Assembly (NCBI GenBank): GCA_964016885.1
Contig: OZ024741.1
Coordinates: 171,492,001-171,556,000, forward strand
Source: Eledone cirrhosa
Taxonomy: Eukaryota
Direction of reading: 5' to 3'
DNA: 64,000 bases
This document shows, piece after piece, positions 44,591-59,486 of the stretch. The position numbers were made by a program, and so were the translations under genes. The notes beneath the pieces are model-generated. The model did not search any database, was not told the origin of the DNA, and saw only the letters and a list, made by a program, of their open reading frames with translations. The first letter of the stretch is position 1. Every line of letters begins with the position of its first letter.

Positions 44591-45439
44591 GGTATATACA
44601 CATAAAATTTGTGTAAACATATAAATACATGTCTACACACAGACATGGATATATACATACAGGTATGAATATACAAGATCCAATGCATGCATATAAATGA
44701 TGGGTGGTGGTGGTGATGTTGTAGTTGGAAAGAGTGAAGAATATAAAGTGATGTAGTCTAGAAATTAAAGAATTAAGTACAATGAAGATTCTGGGAATAT
44801 AAAATTATAGGAGCTATGATGGGTGAATGAGTGAGTGATGGCTGGATGGTATTGGTGTTAAGTAAATATGTGGAATATATAAGATATATAAATATAACGT
44901 AAGGAGATATAAAGGAATTAACTATAATGAAGATTATAGAAATATAAATATCATGGAATTATGTATGATGATGATAGTAATAGTAGGGGTGTCTTGTGGG
45001 TGTTAGGCACATATAACAAATAAGGTATGAGGAATAAAGGCAGTAAGGAAAAAATGAAAAGGTTGAAAAATGAAAAATTATGAAAGAGAAATGAAAACTG
45101 AAAAAATGAAAAGTTGGGAAGATGACAAAAAATGAGAAAGTGAAAGAATGACAAAATGGAAGAAAAGAAATTATTTTCAAAAATTAAAAAAAGAATCTAA
45201 AATTTAGAAATAAAAAATTGAAAAATTTATAACAATGATATAATATGAAGTGAAATAAAATATAAGAATTAGAAGAATATAAGGATGGTAGAGGTCATGG
45301 AATTGTAGAGTATAAAGTATGGCATATGATATATAAGACAGTTAATGAGGCTGACAGTGGTTGCCAAGATATAGAATCTAGATGCAATCTGGTACACATC
45401 GGTGTATAGTGGGTAATCTGTGGGGTAGTGAGTTATCCA

Positions 45440-45690
45440 TTGTAGTGTCCAGTGAGCAGATATGTTTGAAGCAACACAAGCAAAAGTGTTTTCTGTGTAA
45501 ACAGAAACAATGTTTCTTCCTGAGAGTTCAAGGTGTTAGTTGATGAGGCTAGGATATTTAATTTTTCAGTGGTACATAAGTGGCATCTCATGCTACGTCT
45601 GTTGCATTTGCCACAATACTCCAATTGATGGTAGGGTTTGTCACCCTGCTGTCTTTCAATTGCCAAATATATTTTGACATGTACAGAGTT
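45440..45690 (-). mobile_element. Penelope-like GIY-YIG C-terminal fragment
   Basis: RRSMRCHLCTTEKLNILASSTNTLNSQEE resembles the PLE C-terminal KRCxLCxxEK..LNxRxE motif. Confidence 0.65.
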
Positions 45691-45965
45691 GGCTACCCAC
45701 AAGTGTGAGCCTCATGAGCTGGTATGGCTCTTCTAGTGCCTCTCCCTCACCATCATCCAAGTAAACATCTTCTCTATTCTGTCCGCCAGGGTTGCGGAGT
45801 GGCCTGTGTGTGGGCCCACATTTACTCATTATTCTGAGAGATGGGGAGAGTAGGAGGGACGGAGGCAGTGACTGTGGTAGTTTGATGTATATGTATATAT
45901 TTATTTACCAAACTACATATACATACATATATATATTTATAATAGATTCTTTGTTTTATATTTTG

Positions 45966-46021
<56 letters not shown>

Positions 46022-46204
46022 GAAGATAAGTCTAAATTAAATTTCATTTGTGTCCTAATTTTTTATGTAATGCTTGGGATTTTGCAGTCAGCACATGTAG
46101 ACAGTTATTGTACAGAAACATATGTTAAGGAATGAACTTGCAATAAATTTCTCCTTTTGACCAATTTTTCCTGCCTAGGTGTCCTGTTTATCCTGGTACC
46201 ATAC

Positions 46205-46251
<47 letters not shown>

Positions 46252-46252
46252 T

Positions 46253-46762
46253 ATATTGTTATACTTTGGGAGGGTCATGTTGCCAATAAGAAACCCATGC
46301 ACCAGTTGCTTTCACTTCAATTTATTATAATAAATTTATAAATTTAGGAATTTATAAATTTCCGGTTGGTTGGTTCCACAACCAGATGATTGTTTCTATA
46401 TTGTCAAAGTTCTTTCGTCACACATTCTGTGACCTCTTCAGTGACTGGGGATTCTTTTATTTGCTTTTATGCCTCTCCTTTGTTCTGTCCTACGCCATCT
46501 TGTTTTTGTGTGTGTGTTATGTGCTTAGTTTGCGCATGTGTTACATCCGGGTGTCTGTGTGTGTTTATATTCATTTATTTATTTGTTTATTTACATGTTA
46601 CTGGTTGGTTGTTTGTTCTATGTGCGTGTGTATTTTCATTTTGTCCTTAATTGTAAGTTGTGATGTTACTGTTCCATTCATGACCCTCACAAAGTATAAC
46701 AATATCGGTTTCAACACACGTTTTCAGATAAAGAATCTTGCTAAACAAATTCAGAAACGAAA
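46253..46762. mobile_element. TA-flanked fold-back element: 27-bp arms, ~55-bp tail, internal HHR
   Basis: ATATTGTTATACTTTGGGAGGGTCATG (~46253-46279) vs CATGACCCTCACAAAGTATAACAATAT (46679-46705). Confidence 0.75.
46403..46445 (-). ncRNA. Minimal type I hammerhead ribozyme motif
   Basis: GTCA-CTGAAGA-G-GTCAC-AGAATGT-GTGAC-GAAA-GAAC-TT-TGAC: 4-bp stem I, 5-bp stem II, full core. Confidence 0.7.
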
Positions 46763-47149
46763 TATATATATATACATATATATATATATTGTGTGTGTGT
46801 TTGCATGTGTGTGTGCATACATGTTCATAGAACAATATATATGGAAACATGGATATCAACACCACCCCATACACACACAAACAGATGCCTTACACTGTTA
46901 CCTATTCATGCAAGCAGATCCTTTTACCAAAATAATCTTCAAAGGTCTACCTTATATTACTAACACCAATTTTTCTGCAAATAATGTACTCAAAGTGGGT
47001 TTGCCAGCATGAAATGGTGGTTTAAGTAAATAGTCTCTAACTAAAGTTTCCCTCCCTGCATATTTCTCATTACTTCACAGCTCTGTTAGTCTTATTGGCA
47101 AGCTTTTGTTCTTCTCATTACTCAGTGTTATCTCATCATTTAGTTAGAA

Positions 47150-47900
47150 TACATTTGCCACCTGGGATTGTGAGTATACCATCTGACCTTTAGATATGAA
47201 GACACAATGAGAATTGGATGTCACACTTAGCATAAATGTGTTTGATAACTTGTTATAAATATATGACTATTAGTATGCATGAAGAGTATTATTCAGCTGC
47301 CTGATTGAGAGTTTTGCCTATTTCCAATGCAGGCTTTCTGGTATATATGTGAACAGAGTTTTATTACTGCTGCTTTATGCAGTTGCTTGCATATCAATGA
47401 GAATGTCAGATGTCATTTTGGTAAATGAACGCTTGGGGATCTTTGTGATCCAATGTGAAAATATAACACTGTGCATAACATCAGATATACTGAGATCATT
47501 TGTCTTTGAGATATGCAGTATTTTGTATATATTGGATCCTGTATATGGTTGTATTGATCAGGTAGGAAGAGACTAGATCAAACTTGTATATCTTGATGAG
47601 ACTAGTGTCTTGTATGGGATGCTACTATGGTGGATACATTTGCACAAATACATATTATGCTCTTGTCAATTGATACATCTAGCATTTCAACACTGGCTAG
47701 AAAAATGCAAAAATATCAAATACAACCAAATAGTGATACACTATGTTTCAAAACATAGTATTTAAGACATGTGCATATGGCACAGACATGCTTGCAGCAT
47801 TTATGAATTTATGCAATCTAAAAACAGTCCCTTGGAGCAACAGACAGAAGTAATTATAATAGGAAGGAATATGACTTGCATAACAAGCTTTATGCAACCT
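47150..47900 (+). mobile_element. Highly degraded RLE-type (CRE-like) non-LTR fragment
   Basis: LVWDATMVDTFA at ~47608-47645 resembles the WDxTxVDT restriction-like endonuclease motif. Confidence 0.45.
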
Positions 47901-48091
47901 ACATCCTTCTTTCAATCATTGAGTCCTTATCAACTCTTGATGGAGTCATAGGAGAATGATCATGATATGTCATTGTTGGGCATTTATAAACCTTGTTACG
48001 CCCATCCCTTCTAGGTCTAACTACAACTGATTTCTTCCAGGGAGAGAGAGGGTGAGACCCCCCCCCCACCAGTACTGGGTTGATACTTTAT

Positions 48092-48329
48092 TTATAAACT
48101 TCTAAATAATTGTTTCTACTATTGGCACAAGGCCAGCAGTTATCCCAGTAGATTACTGGTACTTTATTTTATCGACCCCCATAAGGATGAAAGGCAAAGT
48201 GAACCTCGGCGGGATTTGAACTCACACCATAAAGGGGCGTAACTCTATGCTAAAAAGCATGGCGTCCGACCTTCTACTGATACTGCCAATCCCCTGCCCT
48301 TATAAACTTCTTATAAACTTCTAAATAAT
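48092..48329 (-). mobile_element. SINE-A with TSD TTATAAACTTCTAAATAAT
   Basis: Family match; direct repeat on both sides. Confidence 0.9.
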
Positions 48330-48804
48330 GAAATGTGAAATTGGTTGATTTTGAACTCAGAGCACCTCTAGCCACCTTTACAACCTATTTAGTATTTATT
48401 GGGAAAAAAGATAATTATTAATTCTATAAAGCTAAGAAATTAATTTTTCATTTCACATTTCATACACAAAATTCCACAAAGTTAACAGAACAAACATTTT
48501 TTCCTTACCAAAATATATCAGTCATTTTGTAACTCCCAATGCCTAACCCATAAATAATAATAAAAAAAGTGTACAACTCTAAACAGTATGTACTAAAACA
48601 CATTTTGGGAATGAATCTCACATGAGAAAGTGTAAAAGAGTAATAATTTCAGCAAATCTCTTAACGAAACTTAGATCTAATTCTTTTAAATTTTGATAAT
48701 TAGATAATAAATAATTTTAGTAAATCTTAGATCTAATTCTTTTTAATTTTGATAATTAGATAATAAATAATTTTAGTAAATCTCTCTATATTATCTATTA
48801 ATTA

Positions 48805-49332
48805 ATTAACTTTGCCTTTCATCCTTACGGGGTCGATAAAATAAAGTACCATTAATGCACTGGGATAATTGCTGGCCTTGTGCCAAAAGTAGAAACAACT
48901 ATTTATTAATTAATTAGTGCAGTGGATTGGCAGTATCAGTTGAGCATCAGACACCATGCTTTGCAGCATAATTATGGCCCTTTACGTTCTGAGTTCAAAT
49001 CCTGCTGAGGTTAACTTTGCCTTTCATCTTTACAGCAGGCGATAAAATAAAGCACCAGTAATGCACTGGGTTAATTGCTGGCCTTGTACCAAAAGTAGAA
49101 ATATTTATTAATTAATTCTGGATTGGCAGTATTGGTAGAGCATCAGACACCATGCTTTACAGCATAGAGTTACAGCCCTTTACGATCTGAGTTCAAATCC
49201 TGCCAAGGTTAGCTTTGCTTTTCATCCTCATGGGGTTGATAGAGTAAAGCACCAGTAATGCACTGGTGGTGATTTAATCGATTTTATCCTCGCACAAAAT
49301 TGCTGGCTTTGTGCCTATAATAGAAATCATTA
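48805..49332 (+). mobile_element. Three tandem SINE-A copies
   Basis: Family match at ~48805, ~48920 and ~49120, separated by ATTAATT linkers. Confidence 0.9.
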
Positions 49333-49895
49333 GGTATTAATTAATTTAAATGCATGATATTTCATTAGCAATTCAGTAATTCAGTAACGAAAGACTTAAC
49401 ATACTTCCCAAGAAATGTGGTGGGAAACATTGTTTGGCAAATCTCCCTTAATGAATTAAAGATATAGTCCATCTAGAAGTTCCTACACAGATTCTGTTAC
49501 CCAATTTCACTTAGAAGACTTGAATTGACTCGAGGCTGTGATAAAATAGAATTGGCCAAGGTGCAATGGAGAGGATTTATAGTGAAAACAACATGATTGT
49601 GAAGTGAACTTAAACATTTGACCATGTTTATGGGCATCGAATGAGATAATTAGCGTAAAATTAAATGATTCTGAGACGCCCTAGGTAAATAATTAACAAT
49701 TAATATATTTATGTTACACAGATGGTTATTTAGACCCATTGTACACACACACTCCCTCTCTCTCTGTCTCTCTGTCTCTCTCTCTCTTTCCGTTTTTATA
49801 TCTACTTTCTCCTCATCTTTCTTACTTTTTCTTTCACTCTTACTCTACTTATACTGCTATCTTGTACCTTCTTTCTCTCCTTCTACCAAGTTTCC

Positions 49896-49931
<36 letters not shown>

Positions 49932-50454
49932 AACACACACAAATACACACACATGCACACACACACACATACACACAGAGTTATACACGCATACAAACAA
50001 ACACCTACACACACACACAAACACATACAGACACACACATGCGCACAAACACACACACACATGCACACACACACACGCATATATGCACACATACACACAG
50101 TTATACACACACAAACACACACACAAACACACACACACTCACTAAGTGGCTAATATTTAATTAATTCTACTTTCAGTCATAGAAAGATTTCTGAACTTAA
50201 ATTGTAAAACTTGTGTTAGGGTTTAACTCCCATGGAGCATCATTCTCATTAGTTGCATCATTAACATAGAGAGGTGGCCCTATGCCTGCCACCAGCAGCA
50301 GCAGCAGTGTCTACAGCAACAGTAGCAGCAATAGCCATTTAAATGTTTTCCCTTGCCCTGTTACAGAATTTCACTTTAGACTATCTATCTGTTTGTCTAT
50401 GAATGTAGTTAGGTACATAGGTCCATATGTATGTAATTATTTTATGTATGTATT

Positions 50455-50872
50455 CGTTCTTCTGGTTTTATAATTTCACAAAGTTTTACCAATAGAGAGA
50501 GAGCCGGTTTCTAACATAGACACAAGACTCTCTCATTGGAATTTACACAACATCAACTAGATATGTATGTATGCATGCATGTGTAGATATGGATGTTATT
50601 GTATGTGTGGATGTGTATGTTTTCAGTTGTATGTGTGCATATGTATATGCTTTGTATCTGTACATGTGTATATGCAGTTATTAGATGCAAAATTTTTGGA
50701 ATGTTTTACATATTTTTACTGTTCCATTAATGGATTGTACTTGTAGTTTCCTAACTAGTTGTGTTCTTTCTGTTCCTGTGAAGCCTAGCTTCTCAAGATT
50801 TGTATTGAGGCAGCTACTAACATACCCCAGTGCCCCAACAATCACAGGCATAAATCTGAAGGTGTAATCATT
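50455..50872 (-). mobile_element. R4/Dong-like RLE non-LTR 3' fragment
   Basis: FRFMPVIVGALGYVSSCLNTNLEKLGF..KLQVQSINGTVKICKTF. Confidence 0.6.
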
Positions 50873-51225
50873 TATTAGAAAGATCGAGTATCGAAAAATC
50901 GGCGTACGAGTTCATTTATGTATGTATGTATGTTATGTATGTGTGTATGTATGTATGTATTTTATGTATGTATTTATGTATGTATGTATGTATTTTATGT
51001 ATGTATGTATGTATGTATGTATTTATGTATGTATGTATTTTAAGTATTTATGTATGTATTTATGCATACTTTTTTTAGTTTTCAGTATTATTCTGTCTGA
51101 TGGTGCAATGACACTGCGCAATGCATAATCAAGGCATATCACAAAAAGTAAAGGGACCAGTGGATTGCTGGTATCAATGGAGAATAGATCTGAGTTTCCC
51201 TCATGTGTCTTCACAAGTGTTGAAG

Positions 51226-51343
51226 TCTTCTTCTTCTTCTTCTTCTTCTTCTTCTTCTTCTTCTTCTTCTCCTCCTCCTCCTCCTCCTCCTCCTCCTCCT
51301 TCTTCTTCTTCTTCTTCTTCTTCTTCTTCTTCTTCTTCTTCTT
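51226..51343. repeat. (TTC)n(CTC)n(TTC)n microsatellite, expanded LINE tail
   Basis: Directly abuts TTCCTGAGAGGG, the 3' end of the 4718 family. Confidence 0.9.
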
Positions 51344-51615
51344 CCTGAGAGGGTTGTGGCCACAGTGTCCTCAAACACTCCTTCCAGTAGATCCTGTTAA
51401 TAGCAATCATTTCCAACAAAGAGACATCTATAGATACACACGGTATAAGGGGAAATGAAGACATGGCTACATATTGAGTTTTGTTACTCTAGAGTTTCAC
51501 ATTCAAAAGATCATCAATCTAGATTCTGTATTGTCTTATGATCCTGTGAGTTCACAGGTGAACCTCTAGAGTAAAAAGACTCATCAGCTGTAATAAACAA
51601 TATATGTATATATAT

Positions 51616-51646
<31 letters not shown>

Positions 51647-52256
51647 TGTGTGTATGTGAGTGTGTATATGCATGTGTGTGTCTATATATGTTCAAATCAA
51701 CATAACCACGAAAGAGAATAGAAGAAAAGGCAATGTCAGAATGAACTAAATTTAAATGGTGGGAGAAAAGGGAGTAAGATGGGAAAATAGAAATGATATG
51801 CATGAAAGGTTGGCACAGGAGACAGTAATGGATGGTAATAGAAATAGGTTCTGGTAAGAGAGAGTGATAGAATTCAATAATGAGTGACATAGAGGAGAGG
51901 GAATGATAACTAAATTGCAAAAGGTGATGGTTGAATATATTAGATCTAAACAGATCTGATACAATCCCTCATTACACAGTAATCAGGTTAGGAGAGAGGT
52001 GTTGGATGGTAGCATGGAAAATGGACGTTAAATTATGATTATATATATATATATATATAATCATATATAATATGTGTGTGTATATATATATATATATATC
52101 ATTCATCATCATCATTTCATTTTACGTCTGCTTTTTCATTTTCATTTATTCATAGTTGCTATATATATATATATATATATATAGCAACTATGAATAAATG
52201 AAGTTAATTTTAACCTGTTGACTTAGTCTTCATCTTTATATGTGCGTGAATGTGTG

Positions 52257-52301
<45 letters not shown>

Positions 52302-52899
52302 ATATATATATGTATATTTCACCTTATATATGTAAGTGTTTCTGTCTGTCTATGTGTATGTTTTTAAATATAAATAAAAATACATACATTTATGTGCATA
52401 TACTGTATTGCTGCAAAGGTAGTTTATGTCTGGCAATGAAGTTCAATGAAAAACTTGACCTTACCATCTAGAGTGCTGACATTTTGATTGTTGGTTCAAT
52501 ATAGTCAGATACTATAATTTTGAAGTTTTCCTCCTGACTTATTTATGAGCAAACTCTCTTTAGAATTCCATTGTAGCTCAGACAGTCATTCAGGTTTACT
52601 GATAAACCATTCAATAATACAATTGCTTATGAAATAATAAAAATTCTATTTAGTTTTCCATGTAGAAATTTAGGCAAATAAGTCGATGAATAATCTATTT
52701 GTAGAATAGGACCACCACCACCACCCACACACACACATGCAACCCTGCATGCACACTTTTACTAACATTTGTATAGAAATAGATATGCATAGACAGATTT
52801 AGATTGGAATATATTTATATAGTCTAATCCTTGCTAACACAGAAAACGTGTTAAAGTGATAATAATTATGATGCTATATATATATATATATATATATAT

Positions 52900-53058
52900 T
52901 TCTAGGGCGGGTAAAATTCCCGAGATCCATGGATGAGTTCTCACCAGCGGGTTCTGTCCCTCATTATCGCTGCCATGTCCTGCGACTCCAACAGACCAGT
53001 GTCTGTCCTTAGGGCATCAACATACGTTAACCTTGGTCTTCCTCTTCCAGTGTGTCCA
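52900..53058 (-). mobile_element. 3' fragment of the 43398-44590 LINE family between TA tracts
   Basis: GHTGRGRPRLTYVDALRTDTGLLESQDMAAIMRDR. Confidence 0.9.
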
Positions 53059-53079
53059 TATATATATATATATATATAT

Positions 53080-53482
53080 GCAAAAGTTTTATTTAAAATT
53101 GTTGGGTTACAACAAGTAAATATTTTATAACTGATATAAAGCACTCGACAAGTTTTTGGAAACTATATTTATAAAACCATATTTATTTCATTATACATAT
53201 TTCAGGGATACCATATTAAAAATATGGCATGCCTTCGTCAGATAAAATACAATATATAAACAGTTTTATAAATAATTTTGACGTACCCTATTATACGCGA
53301 TCCAGACAGCTTCCAAATATAATGGTCGCGTATAATAGGGTACGTCAAAATTATTTATAAAACTGTTTATATATTGTATTTTATCTGACGAAGGCATGCC
53401 ATATTTTTAATATGGTATCCCTGAAATATGTATAATGAAATAAATATGGTTTTATAAATATAGTTTCCATTTGTTTAATATC

Positions 53483-53484
<2 letters not shown>
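53080..53484. mobile_element. TA-flanked fold-back element: perfect 144-bp arms, 25-bp loop, ~77-bp tail
   Basis: 53157-53300 is the reverse complement of 53326-53469. Confidence 0.9.
53377..53442 (+). ncRNA. Type I hammerhead ribozyme motif (mirror copy at 53184-53249 on minus)
   Basis: TATTTTAT-CTGACGA-AGGCATGCCATATTTTTAATATGGTATCCCT-GAAA-TATGTA-TA-ATGAAATA: 8-bp stem I, long stem II. Confidence 0.8.
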
Positions 53485-53516
<32 letters not shown>

Positions 53517-53523
53517 TTTCTGA

Positions 53524-53563
<40 letters not shown>

Positions 53564-53564
53564 G

Positions 53565-53622
<58 letters not shown>

Positions 53623-53657
53623 GTATATATATATATATATATATATTTATATGTATG

Positions 53658-53734
<77 letters not shown>

Positions 53735-53737
<3 letters not shown>

Positions 53738-55435
53738 GACGCTCTTTTCAGAGTACGACAACTACAGGAGAAGTACCTAGCTAAAGGTAAACCCCTCTAC
53801 TTAGCTTTTGTCGACTTGGAGAAAGCCTTCGACAGAGTCCCCCGCTCCATTATCTGGTGGGCTCTTAGAAAACTAGACGTTGACGAATGGCTTGTGAGGG
53901 CTATACAAACCATGTATAAAGAAACAGTCAGCAAGGTTAGAATTAACAACGAATATAGTGAAGAGTTTAGCGTAAAAGTTGGCGTCCATCAGGGCTCTGT
54001 TCTCAGCCCTCTACTATTTATTATTGCCCTTCAGGTTATAACAGAGGAGTTCAAGACAGGCTGCCCATGGGAACTCCTATACGCAGACGACCTGACACTC
54101 ATAGCTGAATCAATGGCCGAGCTAGAGAAGAAATTCCAAACATGGAAGCACGGCCTAGAGTCAAAAGGACTTAAAATTAACCTGGCTAAGACCAAAGTTC
54201 TAGTTTGTAGGAAAGAAAACAAGGCGGCGGTCCCTTCTGGGAAATGGTCGTGCTCGGTGTGTAGGAAAGGCGTAGGCAGAAACTCCATTTTATGTCCTAA
54301 ATGCAAAGTATGGGTGCATAAAAGATGTAGTGGGATCACAGGTAAGCTAACTAAGAACATAGATTTTACATGTGGCCGGTGTTCTGGTGCAATAAGTAGC
54401 AGCAAGTGCCCACAAAATACTAGCTCTTTCAATTGCGCAGAGGGTTCTATAGAAATAGTGGACAGCTTCCGTTACCTGGGCGATAAAATCAGCAGTGGGG
54501 GAGGGTGCTCTGAAAGTACTGTAGCTAGAGTCTGAACTGGTTGGAAAAAGTTCAGAGAGCTTATACCACTATTAGCTGCTAAAGGGTTCTCCCTAAAAAT
54601 GAAAGGCAGGTTGTACGATGCCTGCATACGAACAGCAATGCTGCATGGCAGTGAGACCTGGGCATTGTGTGCAGAGGATATACGCAGACTTGAGAGGAAC
54701 GAAGCTTGCATGCTCCGCTGGATGTGTAACAGTAATATACGTGAACGGCAAAGCATAAACGAACTAAGGAAAAAATTAGAGATAAGAGGGATCAGATGTT
54801 TACTCGAGAGAAGGCTACGTTGGTATGGACACGTGATGCGCATGAAAGTCGATAGCTGTATAACAAAGTGCAGGGCAATAAAGATAGACGGTAGTCACGG
54901 AATAGGCAGACCTAGAAAAACCTGGGACGAGCTGATAAACTCCAACATCACACACTTACACCTCTCCAAGACAATGTCACTGGACCGAGACCTTTGGCGG
55001 TACTCAGTAACAGAGAAGTCCCGCCTTACCTAAATATATAGTAAAACCTACTCCAGCCAGTAGGCATCTCTAACAAAATACACCCCGTCTCACCACCACC
55101 ACCACCACCCCATCCACACCACCCCGTTCCATGTAAAGTTATGTTGGTGCCGCGCCATCCAAGCCGAAACAAATGAGATCGTGTAGGTGTCACGACAAAA
55201 AACACACGGTCCACGCTGTAATGTGGCCGTGTAGGCAACACGGTAAAAACCTCCCAGACCCACACTGTAAATGTGGTTGGTGTTAGGAAGGGCATCCAAC
55301 TGTAGAAAACCTGCCAGACAGTCCTATGCGAGCAAGACAATCACTCTTGCCTCAAGTGGGACTACCCCCGTCCAAACCCATGCAAGCGTGGAACACGGAC
55401 GTTAAACGTTGATGATGATGATGATGATGATGATA
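53735..55435 (+). mobile_element. Young 5'-truncated RTE LINE (RT with PHD-type finger, one premature stop, 3' UTR, (GAT)n tail)
   Basis: [44 protein letters not shown]; ORFs 53471-54535 and 54599-55033 are in the same frame, separated by TGA (probably from CGA). Confidence 0.95.
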
Positions 55436-55437
55436 TT

Positions 55438-55504
<67 letters not shown>

Positions 55505-56095
55505 CTGTGAATACATGTAAGAATATGTACACATGTATATGTACAATAACTATTTCTATCAATTTATATCTATATATATATATATGTGTGTGTGTGTGTG
55601 CGTGTGTATTTGTCTGTGAATGCATGTATGTATATGTGCACATATATATGTATAATAGCTATGTCCATTAAAACTATTCTCACATACAAAAATAATTCCC
55701 AATTTCATGTTGGTATGATGTATATTCTTTTCTCATGAAATTCTACAAATATCAGCTACTGGTCAAATTATAAAAATATCTAAAACATACAATGTAAACC
55801 ATACAACAGAAAATATGAAAGCTAGAAAGAAATGGAATGAAAATGCATGTAGGTACTTATGTTGAATCATATTAATAACATTCCTTCATACTTTGAGAAA
55901 ACATTAGCCTGGAACCGAAGATATTGGAGGCATTCTCAAGGGTGGTATAGCTGAATCTTTGATATCCTCTGTGTATATTTTGTAAATTCATATGACTGCT
56001 TGTTTTCTTAAAACTGTTTACATATTTGGCAAATAACTTCTAACATTGTCAAACCAATAACCTCTGAGTGTTCATGTGTGTATGTGTCTGTCTGT

Positions 56096-56700
<605 letters not shown>

Positions 56701-57257
56701 TTATATATATATATATATATATGTATCTAATAATGAAGTATAAGTCAACAGGTTAGAATTTATTTCATTTATTCATAACCACTGTTATAAATATTCTGAT
56801 GGTAGATGTTATGCAACAGTTACAACCTCATCAAACAACTGAAAGTTGAACAGAAAACACTCAAAACACCATGAAGAAGAAGTACAAATTACTCCTGTTG
56901 TTTTGATTCATTGATATGTCCCTGGCTGAAACTTGCTGTTGCTTTCTCAAAATGCTGTGACATATGACTTACAATAAACTTCCACCCAGCATTAACACAA
57001 AGGATATAGAAGTCCACAAGCTATTTGTTAGAGGTAGTTTCACCACCATATTATCAAGCTATTGTAAATTCCTTAGTGGTACTATCTTCTGAGATTTGCT
57101 GTCCAATTGGCCAGAAACCAGATCAGTCAGAGATGCTTTAGCAGTAGAGGTTAACCTTAGAAATTGGTCACTGTCTCAGGTGGATTTATTTACATTAGCA
57201 ACAATAATAGTCGAGACTGCATCAGCTATACCTTAGTTAGCTAGGAGTGGCACTCAT

Positions 57258-57480
57258 TGTGGATTGGCAGAACAGAATCGGTAGAGCATCAGACAACATG
57301 CTTTGTGGCATAGAGTTACAGCCCTTTACGGTCTGATTTTAAATCCTGTCCAGATTGACTTTGCCTTTCATCCTTATGGGGTTGATAAAATAAAGTACCA
57401 GTCATGGACTGGGGTAAATTTAATCGACTTGCCCCTCCACTTCAAATTACTGGCCTTGTGCCTAAAGTAGAAACAATTAT
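57258..57480 (+). mobile_element. SINE-A (long variant)
   Basis: Family match. Confidence 0.85.
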
Positions 57481-58988
57481 GATCATCATCATCACTGTTT
57501 AATGTCCATTTATTGTGCTAGAAGGGTTAGACAAATTATCCTGTTGTGAGACATGTCAGATCAGGTGACCATGCCTTACTCATACAGAACTGTTTCTGGC
57601 TTGGTTTCTATTGCTGGATGCCTTTCCTAATGCCAACCAAATTTACATCATTTAACATTTGATTTCCCTGCTAGCAAGAGTTAGACAGGTCTTCACAGTC
57701 AGTCAGTACTGAAGTGGAACTACTGAATGGGGATCTGCAACTAATTTAAATATGGTCTCATGTTCTGCCGAGTGCACCATCACAAGAGAGTCTGTCATGC
57801 CTTTGACACAACTGAAGGGTCCTCCCTACCCTTGGTTTGGAAAGCTTTCTACAGCTGCCTTTCCGACCACCAAGCACTTTACAGCATGTACTGGTCGGGT
57901 TTATCATTTAGATCACCAACACTAGAGGCTGTTATGTCCTTAACACAACTGAAGGATCCTGTCAATTCTTTGTTTGACAAGTGCACATAATGGGGACAAG
58001 AACACATAAGAGACTTGGACAAATGGAAAGCAATGCTTGCTTCTTAAGCCATCAACTGTAGGTTGTCTAACACTGTTCTGATAGGTTAGATAACAACGTT
58101 TCATAAATTGCTACTTTCTCCTTCTCCCTCTCTCCCTTTTCATCTCTCTCTCTCTATCTTTCTCTCTCACTCTCTCTTTATTTCTCCCTCTCAAAATACT
58201 ACCCTTAACTATTTCAACCTCCCTTTCTTGTCACCTTACCAGTTGCTTTGAGAACATCCAGTGGATAGCATCTTTCCTGCCTAATAATCGCTCTCACATT
58301 TTCTCTTCTTTGTCTTATATCTTTCTGCTTTTCTACATTCCCAGAATACTATTCTCACCTTAGTCTACTTCCCCTTTTCTGACATACTGTTGTAGTATTA
58401 ACATCACTAGAATTTCTCTGTCCCCATTCAAGGCCTCCAAGACAAAATATTCTCCTTTCAGCATTTTCCCACTTGCACAGATGTAAACGTCCTATTTACA
58501 TTTGAAAGAATTTATTTGTTTCATTCAGATTGCTTTTCTTTGCAGCAGCCATCTGTTTGCTACAGACAATTTTAATAGATACTTTGTTTTCTTGAAACTG
58601 TATTGTTTCTTTTTGTTGAAAGACTTGTCTTATGGTATATTCATTCTTCGTTTTGTCTATTCGCTAGTAGCTAGAGCTTTAAAAGCTACTCCAGTAATTG
58701 TAGTACCAGTCCCACCCTTATGCATTGAAACCAGGTGTTACATAACCTAGAGTCAATGATGGAATAAGTGAGCATTCTTTTATGTTTGTTCAATTCGTTT
58801 GTTCAATTCTCTTACGTATTCTTGTCCCCTTTGCACTTTTACTTGAATGAATATGCAGACAATTTGTCTTTCTCTGAATAAATATATATATATTTATATA
58901 CATGCTTGTATGTATGTGCGTATCATCAACATTATCATCGTCCTTTTTACGTCGGTGTTTCCATGCTTGCATAATTTGGACAAAAAGC

Positions 58989-59071
<83 letters not shown>

Positions 59072-59075
<4 letters not shown>

Positions 59076-59486
59076 GGAGGTGAGTTTTATTGTAGTACAA
59101 TAAAGCAATGCAGATATCGGATAAGAAGCACTCTACAGTTTGTAGGACTGGAGTATACATAATATAAGAGCAAAAGATGGTTAAAGGAGTTCCATGTATT
59201 TTATTATGCGCATTTCAAAAACAAACATCATCATGCAATAATATTTGTGTTTTCATCAGATAAAACAGGAGAACATGATATGAAGGCTAAAAAACACTTG
59301 TGGATAGTGCAGTTTTAAATCAACATATGTTGATTTAAAACTCCACTATCCACAAGTGTTTTTTAGCCTTCATATCATGTTCTCCTGTTTTATCTGATGA
59401 AAACACAAATATTATTGCATGATGATGTTTGTTTTTGAAATGCGCATAATAAAATACATGGAACTCCTTTAACCATCTTTTGATCT

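Noticed and set aside
48670-48781. 56-bp direct tandem duplication
   Set aside because: Ordinary local slippage duplication in AT-rich DNA
53471-53734. N-terminus of the 354-aa ORF
   Set aside because: TA microsatellite read in frame with a 5'-truncated RT; not a real protein start
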